Below, piece after piece: positions 9,419-18,871 of a stretch of DNA of 45,396 nucleotides (its first letter is position 1; each line of letters starts with the position of its first letter). The translations under genes and the position numbers were made by a program. Source of the DNA: Deltaproteobacteria bacterium (GTDB taxonomy: Bacteria > Myxococcota_A > UBA9160 > SMWR01); the NCBI GenBank assembly GCA_032128375.1, contig JAQBGU010000008.1, positions 1-45,396 on the forward strand, read 5' to 3'. The notes below the pieces were generated by a model. The model was given only the letters and a program-made list of their open reading frames with translations, was not told the origin of the DNA and searched no databases.

Positions 9419-9612
9419 CCAAACACCCAGGCGGATAGCTGCCAGCTGCGCGATGGCATGAACGGCTGGATCCGAATATGGGAGTTATGATGCAGCCGAG
9501 TTGCCCGTCTCAGGTCGGAACCTTCGCCTGCGTGAACTACTCGGCAGTCCAAGGGCGTTGCGCTGCGCCCGGCCTGACCCACAATGGCGCTGCGGATTGA
9601 ATTGACACTGCG

Positions 9613-10737
9613 ATGGAACCCCAGCAGTACATCATGCCACTAGTGGTCGCGTTCGGTGTTGCGGCCGTGACGACGCCACTGGTGCGGCGCTTGGCTCTAG
9701 GAATCGGTGTCGTCGATCGCCCCAACGAGCGGTCTGTCAACCGTAGGCTCGACATGCCTTTGATGGGCGGGATGGCGATCGGGCTGGGGTTCGCGGCCGG
9801 GCTCGCGGTGGCGCTCCGGCAGATGTCCAGCGAGATCGCGGAGGGACGTTTGATGGGGCTCGCCGTCGGGGGGGCGATCGTGCTTGCCTCCGGGATCTGG
9901 GACGATCGCTTCGGAATGAGGGCTCCGACCAAATTTACGCTTCAGATCTTGGCCGCGGTCGTGGCGGTATCGAATGGATACGAGCTCGCTCATTTCACCG
10001 AGCCCTTTACGCGGGAATCCTACCCTCTGCCGGGCTGGCTGATGTGGATCGTCACAATCCTGTGGATCGTCATGATCACCAACGCGATCAACCTGGTTGA
10101 CGGTCTCGACGGTCTCGCGACGGGCGTCGCGGCGATTATCGCGGCGACACTGGCTATCATCGCAGGCCAGAACGGTTCGGACACGTTTGGGCTGTGGATT
10201 GCGCTCGCGTTAGTCGGTTCGCTGCTGGGTTTCTTGCCCTTCAATTTCGCTCCCGCTCGGATCTTCCTGGGCGACACAGGTGCGCTTTTCATCGGCTTTG
10301 TTCTGTCGCTAATCGCCCTCGAGGGCTACAGACAGATTTCGCTGTTGACTTTCGTGGTACCGCTTCTGGCGCTGGCTGTCCCGATTCTGGATACCGGGCT
10401 GAGTGTGATTCGAAGAATCAGGAGCCGCTCGCCTATTTTTGCGGCTGATCGCCAGCACATGCACCACCGGATGCTGGAAACCGAAGGCACAGCGCGCAGC
10501 GCGGTATTGCAGTTCTATCTGTTGACAGCCGCTTTCGGTCTGCTCTCGATCGGGGTTTCGCGCCTGGACGAAGCGTGGTGGGTCGGAATCTGCCTCATCA
10601 TGATCGTCATGCTGACATTCCGTCTGGTCAGTAACCTCGGTGCGCTGCAGTCGGATCCGGAAACGACCGTGCCACAGGATTCGTCCGTCGCCCCGTCCGT
10701 CCCTCAGACAGAAGGTGCTCCAAAGAGCAAGCGATGA
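9613..10737 (+). CDS. WecA/TagO-like polyprenyl-phosphate HexNAc-1-P transferase (glycosyltransferase family 4, MraY-like)
   Basis: Multi-TM protein with VDRPNER, GIWDD, NAINLVDGLDGLA, IFLGDTGA and DRQHMHH. Confidence 0.92.
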   Translation: MEPQQYIMPLVVAFGVAAVTTPLVRRLALGIGVVDRPNERSVNRRLDMPLMGGMAIGLGFAAGLAVALRQMSSEIAEGRLMGLAVGGAIVLASGIWDDRFGMRAPTKFTLQILAAVVAVSNGYELAHFTEPFTRESYPLPGWLMWIVTILWIVMITNAINLVDGLDGLATGVAAIIAATLAIIAGQNGSDTFGLWIALALVGSLLGFLPFNFAPARIFLGDTGALFIGFVLSLIALEGYRQISLLTFVVPLLALAVPILDTGLSVIRRIRSRSPIFAADRQHMHHRMLETEGTARSAVLQFYLLTAAFGLLSIGVSRLDEAWWVGICLIMIVMLTFRLVSNLGALQSDPETTVPQDSSVAPSVPQTEGAPKSKR

Positions 10738-11705
10738 TGAGTCCGAAGGCGCGACCAGAGCGCGTCCTCGTCACGGGGGCAGCTGGCTTCATTGGTTCGA
10801 CCCTGGTCGACCGGCTTCTCGCGGAGGGCCGCGAAGTCACCGGGTTCGATTCGTTTGATCCTTTCTATCCCGAAGAGCAAAAGCGCCGAAACCTTCTTGG
10901 AGCGATGACGCAGCCCCGGTTTCGCCTTGTTCGAGGTGACATTCGGGACGCCAAGGCTGTCGCTTCGCTCTTCGATCAGGGCCGTTTCGATGGCATCGTC
11001 CATTTGGCTGCACTCGCGGGGGTCCGGCCGAGCCTCGAGCGACCGGCTCTCTGTGCAGATGTGAATGTGAATGGAAGCAGTGTCATTTTTGAAGCCGCAA
11101 TGCGACACGACAATCCGCGCATCGTGTTCGCTTCGTCTTCGTCGGTCTACGGAGAACGGGAAGGCGGCCCGTTTCGGGAAACCGACCCGGTCGAGCGGCC
11201 GATCTCACCGTATGCAGCCACGAAGCGTGCGGGCGAACTCATCGCTCATACTTTCCATCACGCCTGCGATGTCTCCATCATCTGTGCGCGAATTTTCACT
11301 GCATATGGGCCGCGCCAGCGACCGGATCTCGCGATCCGGAAGTTCGCGGACCTGATGCGGCAAGGTCGACCGATTCCGGTGTTTGGTGATGGTGAGAGTC
11401 TTCGCGATTTTACCTTTGTCGAAGATCTCGTCGATGGCCTCGTCCGAGCGCTCGACCGCGACCTCGGGTACGCGATCTTGAACTTCGGCGGCGGACGGAT
11501 GGTGACCCTGCTGGAGGTCATTTCGATTATCGAGCAGACGCTGAAGGTCAGCGCGCAAATCGAATGGTTGCCGGCACAGATCGGCGACGTTCGGCGGACC
11601 TGGTCCGACACGACCGCCGCGCGAGAAGCACTGGGTTTTGCCCCACAGGTATCTCTGGAAGAAGGAATCGGGCGATTCGCGCAATGGCTGCAGGGACTTG
11701 AATGA
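10734..11705 (+). CDS. NAD-dependent sugar epimerase (UDP-glucuronate 4-epimerase-like)
   Basis: GAAGFIG, HLAALAGVRPSL, ASSSSVYG, YAATK, YGPRQRPDLAI and RDFTFV. Confidence 0.88.
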   Translation: MMSPKARPERVLVTGAAGFIGSTLVDRLLAEGREVTGFDSFDPFYPEEQKRRNLLGAMTQPRFRLVRGDIRDAKAVASLFDQGRFDGIVHLAALAGVRPSLERPALCADVNVNGSSVIFEAAMRHDNPRIVFASSSSVYGEREGGPFRETDPVERPISPYAATKRAGELIAHTFHHACDVSIICARIFTAYGPRQRPDLAIRKFADLMRQGRPIPVFGDGESLRDFTFVEDLVDGLVRALDRDLGYAILNFGGGRMVTLLEVISIIEQTLKVSAQIEWLPAQIGDVRRTWSDTTAAREALGFAPQVSLEEGIGRFAQWLQGLE

Positions 11706-12670
11706 GTTCTGACAGCCAGAGCACGCAGGCCGCGAGGCCCTCACGCCGTGCCCTGGTCACTGGGGGGTCTGGATTCATCGGAAGCCACCTCGTCGAGGGT
11801 CTGTTGCGGGCAGGCTGGTTGGTCCGGGTGCTCGACGATCTCTCAACAGGCGACGAACGGAACCTGTCGAACGTTTCGGATCGGATCGAGTTCATGCGCG
11901 GTAGCGTGTGCGATGAAGCGGCGAGGCAACTCGCCATGCAGGATGTAGAGGTGGTATTTCACGAGGCAGCACTGCCCTCTGTACCGAAAAGTGTTCATCA
12001 GCCGCTGCTCACCAACAACGTAAATCTCAGTGGGACTCTGTGCGTGCTCGAAACAGCGCGACACGCCGGCGTGCGACGCGTGGTTTTTGCGGCGTCCTCG
12101 TCTGCCTACGGTGACACGCTGGTTCTTCCGAAGGTCGAAACGCTGCCGGCTTCGCCCCAGTCGCCGTATGCGCTGCAGAAATACAGCAGCGAAGTGTATT
12201 GCCAGCTCTACTTTCAGTTGTTCGGCCTCGAGACCGTCTCGCTCCGATACTTCAATATCTTTGGACCCAGGCAGAACCCGAAGAGCGACTATGCGGCCGT
12301 CATTCCGAGCTTCGTATCCGCAGCGATCGCAGGGAACCTACCGGTGATCTATGGCGATGGCGAACAGACCCGCGACTTCACCTATGTCGAGAACGCAGTT
12401 CAAGCAAATCTCGCCGCTGCCGATGCGCCGCGCGCCCCCGGCCAGGTCATCAACATCGCCGCGGGACAGAGAACATCGCTCAATGAATTGTGGTCGGAAA
12501 TCAAGAATCTCGTGGGTGTGGACTTCGAACCGCGCTACGCCGAGAAGCGGGCGGGTGACGTTCGAGACAGCCTCGCGGATCTGACTCGGGCGAAAGAGTT
12601 GCTGGGCTACGAGCCCAGCATCGATCTTCGCGAGGGTCTGCGCAGAACGATCGAGAGTTTGATGCACTAG
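11702..12670 (+). CDS. NAD-dependent sugar epimerase (UDP-GlcNAc 4-epimerase, WbpP-like)
   Basis: GGSGFIG, HEAALPSVPKS, AASSSAYGD, YALQK, RYFNIFGPRQ and YAAVIP. ATGA overlap with the upstream gene. Confidence 0.88.
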   Translation: MSSDSQSTQAARPSRRALVTGGSGFIGSHLVEGLLRAGWLVRVLDDLSTGDERNLSNVSDRIEFMRGSVCDEAARQLAMQDVEVVFHEAALPSVPKSVHQPLLTNNVNLSGTLCVLETARHAGVRRVVFAASSSAYGDTLVLPKVETLPASPQSPYALQKYSSEVYCQLYFQLFGLETVSLRYFNIFGPRQNPKSDYAAVIPSFVSAAIAGNLPVIYGDGEQTRDFTYVENAVQANLAAADAPRAPGQVINIAAGQRTSLNELWSEIKNLVGVDFEPRYAEKRAGDVRDSLADLTRAKELLGYEPSIDLREGLRRTIESLMH

Positions 12671-12772
12671 GCCGCCCCGCTGCCCCGCAGCGGCTCGAAG
12701 CCTGGACAGCACTACCATCTATGTGCGGCGCAGCGATGCGTCGGCCAGCGTGAGAACGAGGGATACGACTTC

Positions 12773-14083
12773 ATGAACGTGTGCATTATCGGATCAGGTT
12801 ATGTCGGGCTGGTGACAGGTTCGTGTTTCGCCGAGTTTGGGGTCCAGGTCGTCTGCGCGGACAACGATGCAGGGAAGGTCTCCGCCCTCCAGGCTGGACG
12901 GATTCCCATCTACGAACCGGGTCTCGAGTCTCTGGTGGAACGAAACGTCCGCGAAGGTCGACTCTCGTTCACGACTGACACCAAGGCCGCGATCGAGGCA
13001 TCGCTGTTGGTTTTCATCGCTGTCCCGACTCCGGCGCGGCCGGATGGGAGCACGGATCTGACCGCGGTCGAAGCGGTTGCGCGGGAAATCGGTCGCGAAA
13101 TGGATGGCTACAAGGTTGTCGTCACCAAGAGCACCGTACCGGTCGGGACTTCGGCAAGAGTGAAAGGTTGGATCAACGAAGAACTCGAACGGGCCGACAA
13201 CTCGGCTCGCTTCAGCGTCGCGTCCAATCCGGAATTCTTGCGAGAAGGCGCCGCGATCAGCGATTTCATGCGACCAGATCGCGTCGTGATCGGGACGGAA
13301 GACGACCAAGCCACCGCGATCTTGAAGGACCTGTACCGGCCACTCTTTCTGATAGAGACGCCCATCGTGTTGACCGATATTGCGTCGGCCGAGTTGTGCA
13401 AGTACGCGGCCAATGCCTTCCTGGCTACAAAGGTCTCGTTCATCAACGAGATTGCGAACTTGTGCGAGGTGGTTGGCGCCGATGTCCACGCGATTTCCCG
13501 CGGCATCGGTCTGGATCGCCGCATCGGCTCGAAGTTCCTTCATCCGGGCCCGGGATTCGGCGGTTCGTGCTTCCCGAAGGATACTCGTTCGATCGCCCAC
13601 TTCGCCCGCGAGCGCGGCCGTTCACTCGAGATCGTCGAGACAGTGATCTCGGTCAACGAAAAACAGCGACAACTGATGGTTGGCAAAATTGTCGGATCAC
13701 TTGGCGGCGAACTCCATGGAAAGACCGTCGCGGTGCTAGGCCTCTCGTTCAAGCCCGAAACTGATGATGTGCGAGATTCACCTTCGCTCGATATCATTAG
13801 CGGGCTGCAGAAACTGGGCGCCAAGGTTCGGGCTTACGACCCGCAGGCGATGAACGAGGCCGCCAAGCTGCTCCCGGAGCTGGTCGTCTGCGAAAACGCT
13901 TACGATGCCTGTCGCGATGCAGACGTGCTGGTGATCATCACCGAGTGGAACCAATTTCGGATGTTGGATCTCAAACGGATCAAGTCGTTGTTGAACCGCC
14001 CGACGATTGTTGATCTGCGGAACATCTACGAGCCTGGACAGATGCGCGACGCCGGCTTCGACTATATCTGTGTAGGCCGTTGA
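12773..14083 (+). CDS. ugd: UDP-glucose 6-dehydrogenase
   Basis: GSGYVG, KSTVPVGT, SNPEFLREG, KYAANAFLATK, catalytic GFGGSCFPKD and GLSFKPETDD. Confidence 0.93.
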   Translation: MNVCIIGSGYVGLVTGSCFAEFGVQVVCADNDAGKVSALQAGRIPIYEPGLESLVERNVREGRLSFTTDTKAAIEASLLVFIAVPTPARPDGSTDLTAVEAVAREIGREMDGYKVVVTKSTVPVGTSARVKGWINEELERADNSARFSVASNPEFLREGAAISDFMRPDRVVIGTEDDQATAILKDLYRPLFLIETPIVLTDIASAELCKYAANAFLATKVSFINEIANLCEVVGADVHAISRGIGLDRRIGSKFLHPGPGFGGSCFPKDTRSIAHFARERGRSLEIVETVISVNEKQRQLMVGKIVGSLGGELHGKTVAVLGLSFKPETDDVRDSPSLDIISGLQKLGAKVRAYDPQAMNEAAKLLPELVVCENAYDACRDADVLVIITEWNQFRMLDLKRIKSLLNRPTIVDLRNIYEPGQMRDAGFDYICVGR

Positions 14084-15192
14084 TGGCGCGCATAGAGGAC
14101 TCGCTGCATGCGGTGATCCTCGCGGGTGGGGCAGGCGAGCGCTTCTGGCCCGCGTCTCGGCAGGCCCATCCGAAACCGTTTCTTCGCGTAATCAACGAAG
14201 GAGGTAAGAACGGCCGCAGCATCACACTGTTGGGTGCCACCCTCGCTCGTGCTCGACGCTTTTGTGCTCCGGAACGCACATGGGTGGTGTGCGGCGCCGA
14301 ACACGCAAACAGCGTGAAATCCGAATCTGGACTACCTGCGCGACAGATCCTGGTCGAGCCGATGCGGCGTGATACGGCAATGGCGATCGCGTTTGCGGCG
14401 GTGCGCATTCGCGCCGAAGATCCAAACGCCGTGATGGTAGTCTTGCCATCGGACCATGTGATTCCCGATGCCCGCGCGTTCGCGATGGCGATTCGCAAGG
14501 CCGGTCGGGCAGCGCGTGACTCCGGTGCGCTGGTGACTTTCGGAATCGAGCCCACGCGGGCCGACACAGGGCTCGGGTACATCCAACTCGGTCCAGCGAT
14601 CGATGGCGTAGCTTCGGGTGGGTTGCGGCGGGTGCGCCGCTTCGTCGAGAAGCCCGACGAGACGACTGCTCGGCGCTACCTTCGTCAGGGGGGCTACCTC
14701 TGGAACGCCGGAATATTCGTATGGTCGGTGCAGGCGATTCTCGACGAGCTGGAAAGTTGCGCGCCCGATGTGTTCGCGGCATTGGCTCCGCTGCGGTCGG
14801 CCGGAAGGCGACCGAGCGGCCGCGCAATCACAGACTGCTACCGAGGAGCGCCTTCGGTTCCGATCGATGTTGCGGTACTCGAGAGGAGTCGGCGGGTTTG
14901 GACCCTGCCGCTTCGCATTCACTGGAGCGATGTCGGGACCTGGGCGTCGCTGGCCGAAGAACTCGGCGTAGGGAAAGGCTCATCCAAGGTAATCGACGGG
15001 CAACTGGTCGAATGCGATTCCGACGCCAACCTCGTTTGGAGCCAGGGCAAGGCGGTGGTATTGCTTGGCGTCGAGGGGCTCGTGGTCATCGACACGCCAG
15101 ACGCGCTGTTGGTCGCCCGACTCGACGAGAGCCCCGGGCTGCGCAAAGTCGTCGCGCGACTGAAGGCGAATGGACGAGCGGACCTGACGTAG
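14083..15192 (+). CDS. manC: Mannose-1-phosphate guanylyltransferase (no C-terminal PMI cupin)
   Basis: ILAGGAGERFWP..R...PK, EPMRRDTA, LPSDH, FVEKP, WNAGIF and WSDVGTW. TGATG overlap with ugd. Confidence 0.9.
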   Translation: MARIEDSLHAVILAGGAGERFWPASRQAHPKPFLRVINEGGKNGRSITLLGATLARARRFCAPERTWVVCGAEHANSVKSESGLPARQILVEPMRRDTAMAIAFAAVRIRAEDPNAVMVVLPSDHVIPDARAFAMAIRKAGRAARDSGALVTFGIEPTRADTGLGYIQLGPAIDGVASGGLRRVRRFVEKPDETTARRYLRQGGYLWNAGIFVWSVQAILDELESCAPDVFAALAPLRSAGRRPSGRAITDCYRGAPSVPIDVAVLERSRRVWTLPLRIHWSDVGTWASLAEELGVGKGSSKVIDGQLVECDSDANLVWSQGKAVVLLGVEGLVVIDTPDALLVARLDESPGLRKVVARLKANGRADLT

Positions 15193-15372
15193 CACTCGAA
15201 AATGTACGGAAAGAGCTACTCAGAAAAGGCACAGAAAAGGTACGCAAACGAGTAGCCGAGTATTCGAGACCCGGGCCACCCGAAGAGGCGAGCTTGCCCG
15301 CGACGGAGTTTGGCCAGGAGTGGTTCTCACGAATTTGGCGCGACTGACCGACAGGTGTGACGGGGAGTTGAA

Positions 15373-16047
15373 ATGGCCCAGAATCAGATAGGTCGGGATG
15401 CTATTCGGGCGCTGCGCGCGATCCCGCTGTTTTCGGCGGTGGGTGACGCAGATCTCGAATCCTTGAGTTCGCTTGTGATTGAGCGCCGTTTTCCCAAACA
15501 CAAGACGATCGTCGAAGAGGGGGCGCCCGGCGACTACATGTACATCATCTGCGACGGCCGCGTGAAGGTCACAAAGTTGTCCGGCGATGGGCGTGAGAAA
15601 ATCCTCGAGCTACTCGATGGCGGGGATTTCTTCGGAGAGATGTCCCTACTCGATGACGCGCCACGTTCGGCAAGCGTAGAGGCGCTTTCGGAAGTTCGAG
15701 TTCTGGCGTTGGGCCGAAATGACTTCCTGGACCTGCTGAGGAAGAGTACCGATCTCGCGTTCGCGGTCGTTCAGGAGCTGACTCGAAGGTTGCGGCAGGT
15801 CGACGAGCAGGCCAGCTCGCTGTCCTTTCTGCGGGTCAAGGAGCGGACGCAGGGATTGCTCGTGAGGATGGCCAAATCCGAGACGGTCGATCCCAACCGG
15901 CGTCTGACCCAGGCACTGACCCACCAGCAGATCGCAGATATGATCGGCACGTCCCGCGAAACCGTTACGCGCGCAATCAAGGGTCTCAAGCAGGACGGTT
16001 GGTTGCAGCAGAAAGGCAAGCAATACACCGTGCCTGTTGAGGATTGA
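15373..16047 (+). CDS. Crp/Fnr family transcriptional regulator (cNMP-binding)
   Basis: cNMP pocket FFGEMSLLDDAPRSASV and HTH LTHQQIADMIGTSRETVTR. GGGGAG SD. Confidence 0.93.
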   Translation: MAQNQIGRDAIRALRAIPLFSAVGDADLESLSSLVIERRFPKHKTIVEEGAPGDYMYIICDGRVKVTKLSGDGREKILELLDGGDFFGEMSLLDDAPRSASVEALSEVRVLALGRNDFLDLLRKSTDLAFAVVQELTRRLRQVDEQASSLSFLRVKERTQGLLVRMAKSETVDPNRRLTQALTHQQIADMIGTSRETVTRAIKGLKQDGWLQQKGKQYTVPVED

Positions 16048-16084
16048 GTTCAGTGGTTCGTCATGTGGTGCCGATACACGAGGC

Positions 16085-17296
16085 GTGACGAAGCCGTCCA
16101 CCCCGGAGCAGAATTCGAGCGTTGATCGCATGCGGCACGAGCGTCCCGCCGCTGCGAGTGAAGCGGGCACGATTGCAGATTGGATTCTCGGATCCATGAG
16201 CGCTGGGATCCTTGCGATCGATCAGGACGGCTTGCTTGCGCAACTCAACTGCGGAGCGCAGCGAATCCTCGGTTGTCCGCCAGCCGATCGATCCCTCGGG
16301 AGGCCCTGTCGCGAGGTGCTGGTTGCGCAGCCAGTTGTCGCCGAACTGTTGCTCGACACATTGGCGGGGCGGTCGGCTCTATCGCGGGCCGAGCTGGTCC
16401 TAGATTCCGCTCAGGATCAGATGTCGTCCACGATCGGTTTTACGCTGACACCGATTCACGATACTGGCGGTGATATTCGCGGTGCAGCAATGATTTTTCG
16501 CGATCTCACGCCGTTCGAGCGTGTGGAAGAGCAACAGCGCCTGACGGAACGACTCGCAGCGCTGGGTCAAATGGCGGCGGGGCTCGCACACGAGATTCGA
16601 AACCCGCTGGCGGGCATGGAAGTGATTGCGGGCCTGCTGAAACGGCGGCTCGCCAATCACCTCGATGAGCGCGAGCTGTTAGACCAGCTGACCGGTGAAC
16701 TGCGGAGGTTGGCGCATACCGTCACCGATTGTCTCGAATTCGTGAGGCCGATGTCGCCGGAGCGCGGTCTCACCGACCCGATCCGGCTTGTCGAAGACGG
16801 TCTCGCAATCGGATTGTCGGGGTCGGAATTTGATGGAGTCGTCGAGCGTGCATTCGATATCGAGATCAAAGAGATCAACGCGGATGCGTCTCAACTGCGG
16901 GCGGTGGTCGCGAACCTGGTCGCCAACGCGATCGAAGCGATGGCCGGAGACAACGACCATCGTGAGAAGCGGCTGTGTCTGGGAGTGGCTGAATCGTCGG
17001 CAGGCCCCGTCCGGCCGGTCAGTGCGAATCGAGATGGTGTGGCTGCGCCACCCATCGGGTTGGGCCGTGAGATTGTCATCACGGTGTCGGATACCGGACC
17101 GGGTGTTCCCGAACAGCTTCGCGAGCGCATCTTTTATCCGTTTTTCACCACCAAGGCGACTGGGTCCGGAATCGGATTGGCGTCCGCACTGAAGATCGCC
17201 ACGGGTCACGGGGGTGCGCTGGAACTCGCACCGGGCGCTGGTCCGGGTGCGACGTTCCTGCTTCGGCTGCACATCGAGGATGAAAAGCCGTGCTGA
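16085..17296 (+). CDS. Cytoplasmic PAS-domain sensor histidine kinase
   Basis: PAS-like N-terminus, H-box AHEIRNPL, N-box NLVANAIEA, DTGPG, FYPFFTTK and GSGIGL. No obvious TM segment. Start is uncertain (16037, 16085 or 16130). Confidence 0.9.
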   Translation: MTKPSTPEQNSSVDRMRHERPAAASEAGTIADWILGSMSAGILAIDQDGLLAQLNCGAQRILGCPPADRSLGRPCREVLVAQPVVAELLLDTLAGRSALSRAELVLDSAQDQMSSTIGFTLTPIHDTGGDIRGAAMIFRDLTPFERVEEQQRLTERLAALGQMAAGLAHEIRNPLAGMEVIAGLLKRRLANHLDERELLDQLTGELRRLAHTVTDCLEFVRPMSPERGLTDPIRLVEDGLAIGLSGSEFDGVVERAFDIEIKEINADASQLRAVVANLVANAIEAMAGDNDHREKRLCLGVAESSAGPVRPVSANRDGVAAPPIGLGREIVITVSDTGPGVPEQLRERIFYPFFTTKATGSGIGLASALKIATGHGGALELAPGAGPGATFLLRLHIEDEKPC

Positions 17297-18723
17297 CCGA
17301 TTCCGCACGGATCCTGGTGGTCGAAGACAATGACACGCTGCGTCGCGGGGTCGCGATGGCGCTGCGCGAGCGTTGGAGCGACGTCGAGGAGATCGACAAT
17401 GGATCCGCGGCGGTCGAGCGGATTCGCAGTTCGCAGGCGGGTCCATTCGACGTGATCTTGACCGATCTGCGCTTGCCCGGCAGCGATGGCGTATCGGTGC
17501 TACGCGCGGCGCGGGATCGAGACCCGGCAACCAGCGTGCTGGTGATGACGGCCCACGGGACAATCGAGACCGCGGTCGACGCGATGCGTTCCGGCGCCTT
17601 CGACTTCGTCCAGAAGCCCTTCGACCTCGACCAGCTCGAATTGCGAGTCGCCCGTGGTGTGGACCACCGTCGGCTGCTGTTCGAAGTCACCGAGCTTCGA
17701 GCCGAAAGGGCGGCGCGCATCGCCGCGAGCGAGATCATCGGCAACAGCCCAGCGTTGCGCGCTGCACTGGATCTGGCGAAGCGTGTGGCGCCGACGCGTT
17801 CGACGGTCCTGGTGACCGGTGAGACAGGAACCGGCAAGGAGTTGATCGCCGGACTGATTCATCGAGCCTCTCCGCGTGTCGATGGGCCGATGGTCAAAGT
17901 CAACTGCGCTGCGCTGCCCGAGACGCTGTTGGAATCCGAGCTATTTGGTCACGAGCGGGGCGCATTCACCGGTGCCGACCGGCAGCGAATCGGACGCTTC
18001 GAAGAAGCCAGTGGGGGGACGCTGTTTCTCGACGAGGTCGGCGATGCCTCACCGACCATCCAAGCCAAGCTGCTTCGAGTCCTGCAGGACCAGCAATTTC
18101 ATCGACTCGGTGGCACTTCGCTGTTGCGCACGGATGCGCGCATCGTGTCGGCGACCAACCAGCATCTAGAGAGCCAAATTGCAGCCGGAACATTCCGCGA
18201 GGACCTGTTCTTTCGTCTGAACGTGATCCGAATTCACCTGCCGCCGTTGCGTGAACGGCACGACGACCTGGTTGACATCGCCCACCACTTCCTCGCCGGG
18301 TTGACCAAGGAGCTGGACCGGTCGATTCGCGGGTTCTCCGAGGCCGCGTTGTCCCGGCTTCGGGCCCATCACTGGCCCGGCAACGTGCGGGAACTTCACA
18401 ACACTCTGGAGCGAGCTGTTTTGATGAGCGGGGGGCCCCGGATTGAAGCGGACGATCTGTCGATATTGAACAGTCGGTTGGGAGCGCCTGTGCAGGGCTG
18501 GAGACCTCCACTTCCGCTAGAGGGAGTCTCCCTACGCGATGTCGAGCAAGAATTGGTGATCGAAGCGCTCGAGCGGACTGGATACGTTCAGAAGGATGCC
18601 GCGGGGTTGTTGCGGGTCAGTCGTCGAAAACTGAACTACATGATTCAACGAATGGGGATTACTCACCCGAGCTGGCGCAGGAACCGGCAAGTGGATCCAG
18701 ACGAACCAAAATTCGGAAGCTGA
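17290..18723 (+). CDS. Sigma54-dependent response regulator (NtrC/AtoC family)
   Basis: REC domain (ILVVEDN...TDLRLPG), [22 protein letters not shown] and a C-terminal HTH. Overlaps the kinase stop. Confidence 0.95.
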   Translation: MLTDSARILVVEDNDTLRRGVAMALRERWSDVEEIDNGSAAVERIRSSQAGPFDVILTDLRLPGSDGVSVLRAARDRDPATSVLVMTAHGTIETAVDAMRSGAFDFVQKPFDLDQLELRVARGVDHRRLLFEVTELRAERAARIAASEIIGNSPALRAALDLAKRVAPTRSTVLVTGETGTGKELIAGLIHRASPRVDGPMVKVNCAALPETLLESELFGHERGAFTGADRQRIGRFEEASGGTLFLDEVGDASPTIQAKLLRVLQDQQFHRLGGTSLLRTDARIVSATNQHLESQIAAGTFREDLFFRLNVIRIHLPPLRERHDDLVDIAHHFLAGLTKELDRSIRGFSEAALSRLRAHHWPGNVRELHNTLERAVLMSGGPRIEADDLSILNSRLGAPVQGWRPPLPLEGVSLRDVEQELVIEALERTGYVQKDAAGLLRVSRRKLNYMIQRMGITHPSWRRNRQVDPDEPKFGS

Positions 18724-18871
18724 CGTTTCGGTGAAGAAACCCCTTGATTCCTCAGCGCGAAACACGAACCTTAGGCGCCTACGCGGCGTCCCACAATCAC
18801 TCCGGGACGGCTACCTGTCGCTCGGACATGAACAATGGACGGCTAGCCGCCGCTCAGACACGAGGTACCAC

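Noticed and set aside
9505..9535. SRP (4.5S) RNA, suggested by TCAGGTCGGAA
   Set aside because: It lacks the conserved GGAAGGAAGCAG continuation of helix 8.
15190..15220. CIRCE element (TAGCACTC half-site)
   Set aside because: The second arm GAGTGCTA at 9-nt spacing is missing, and no chaperone gene follows.
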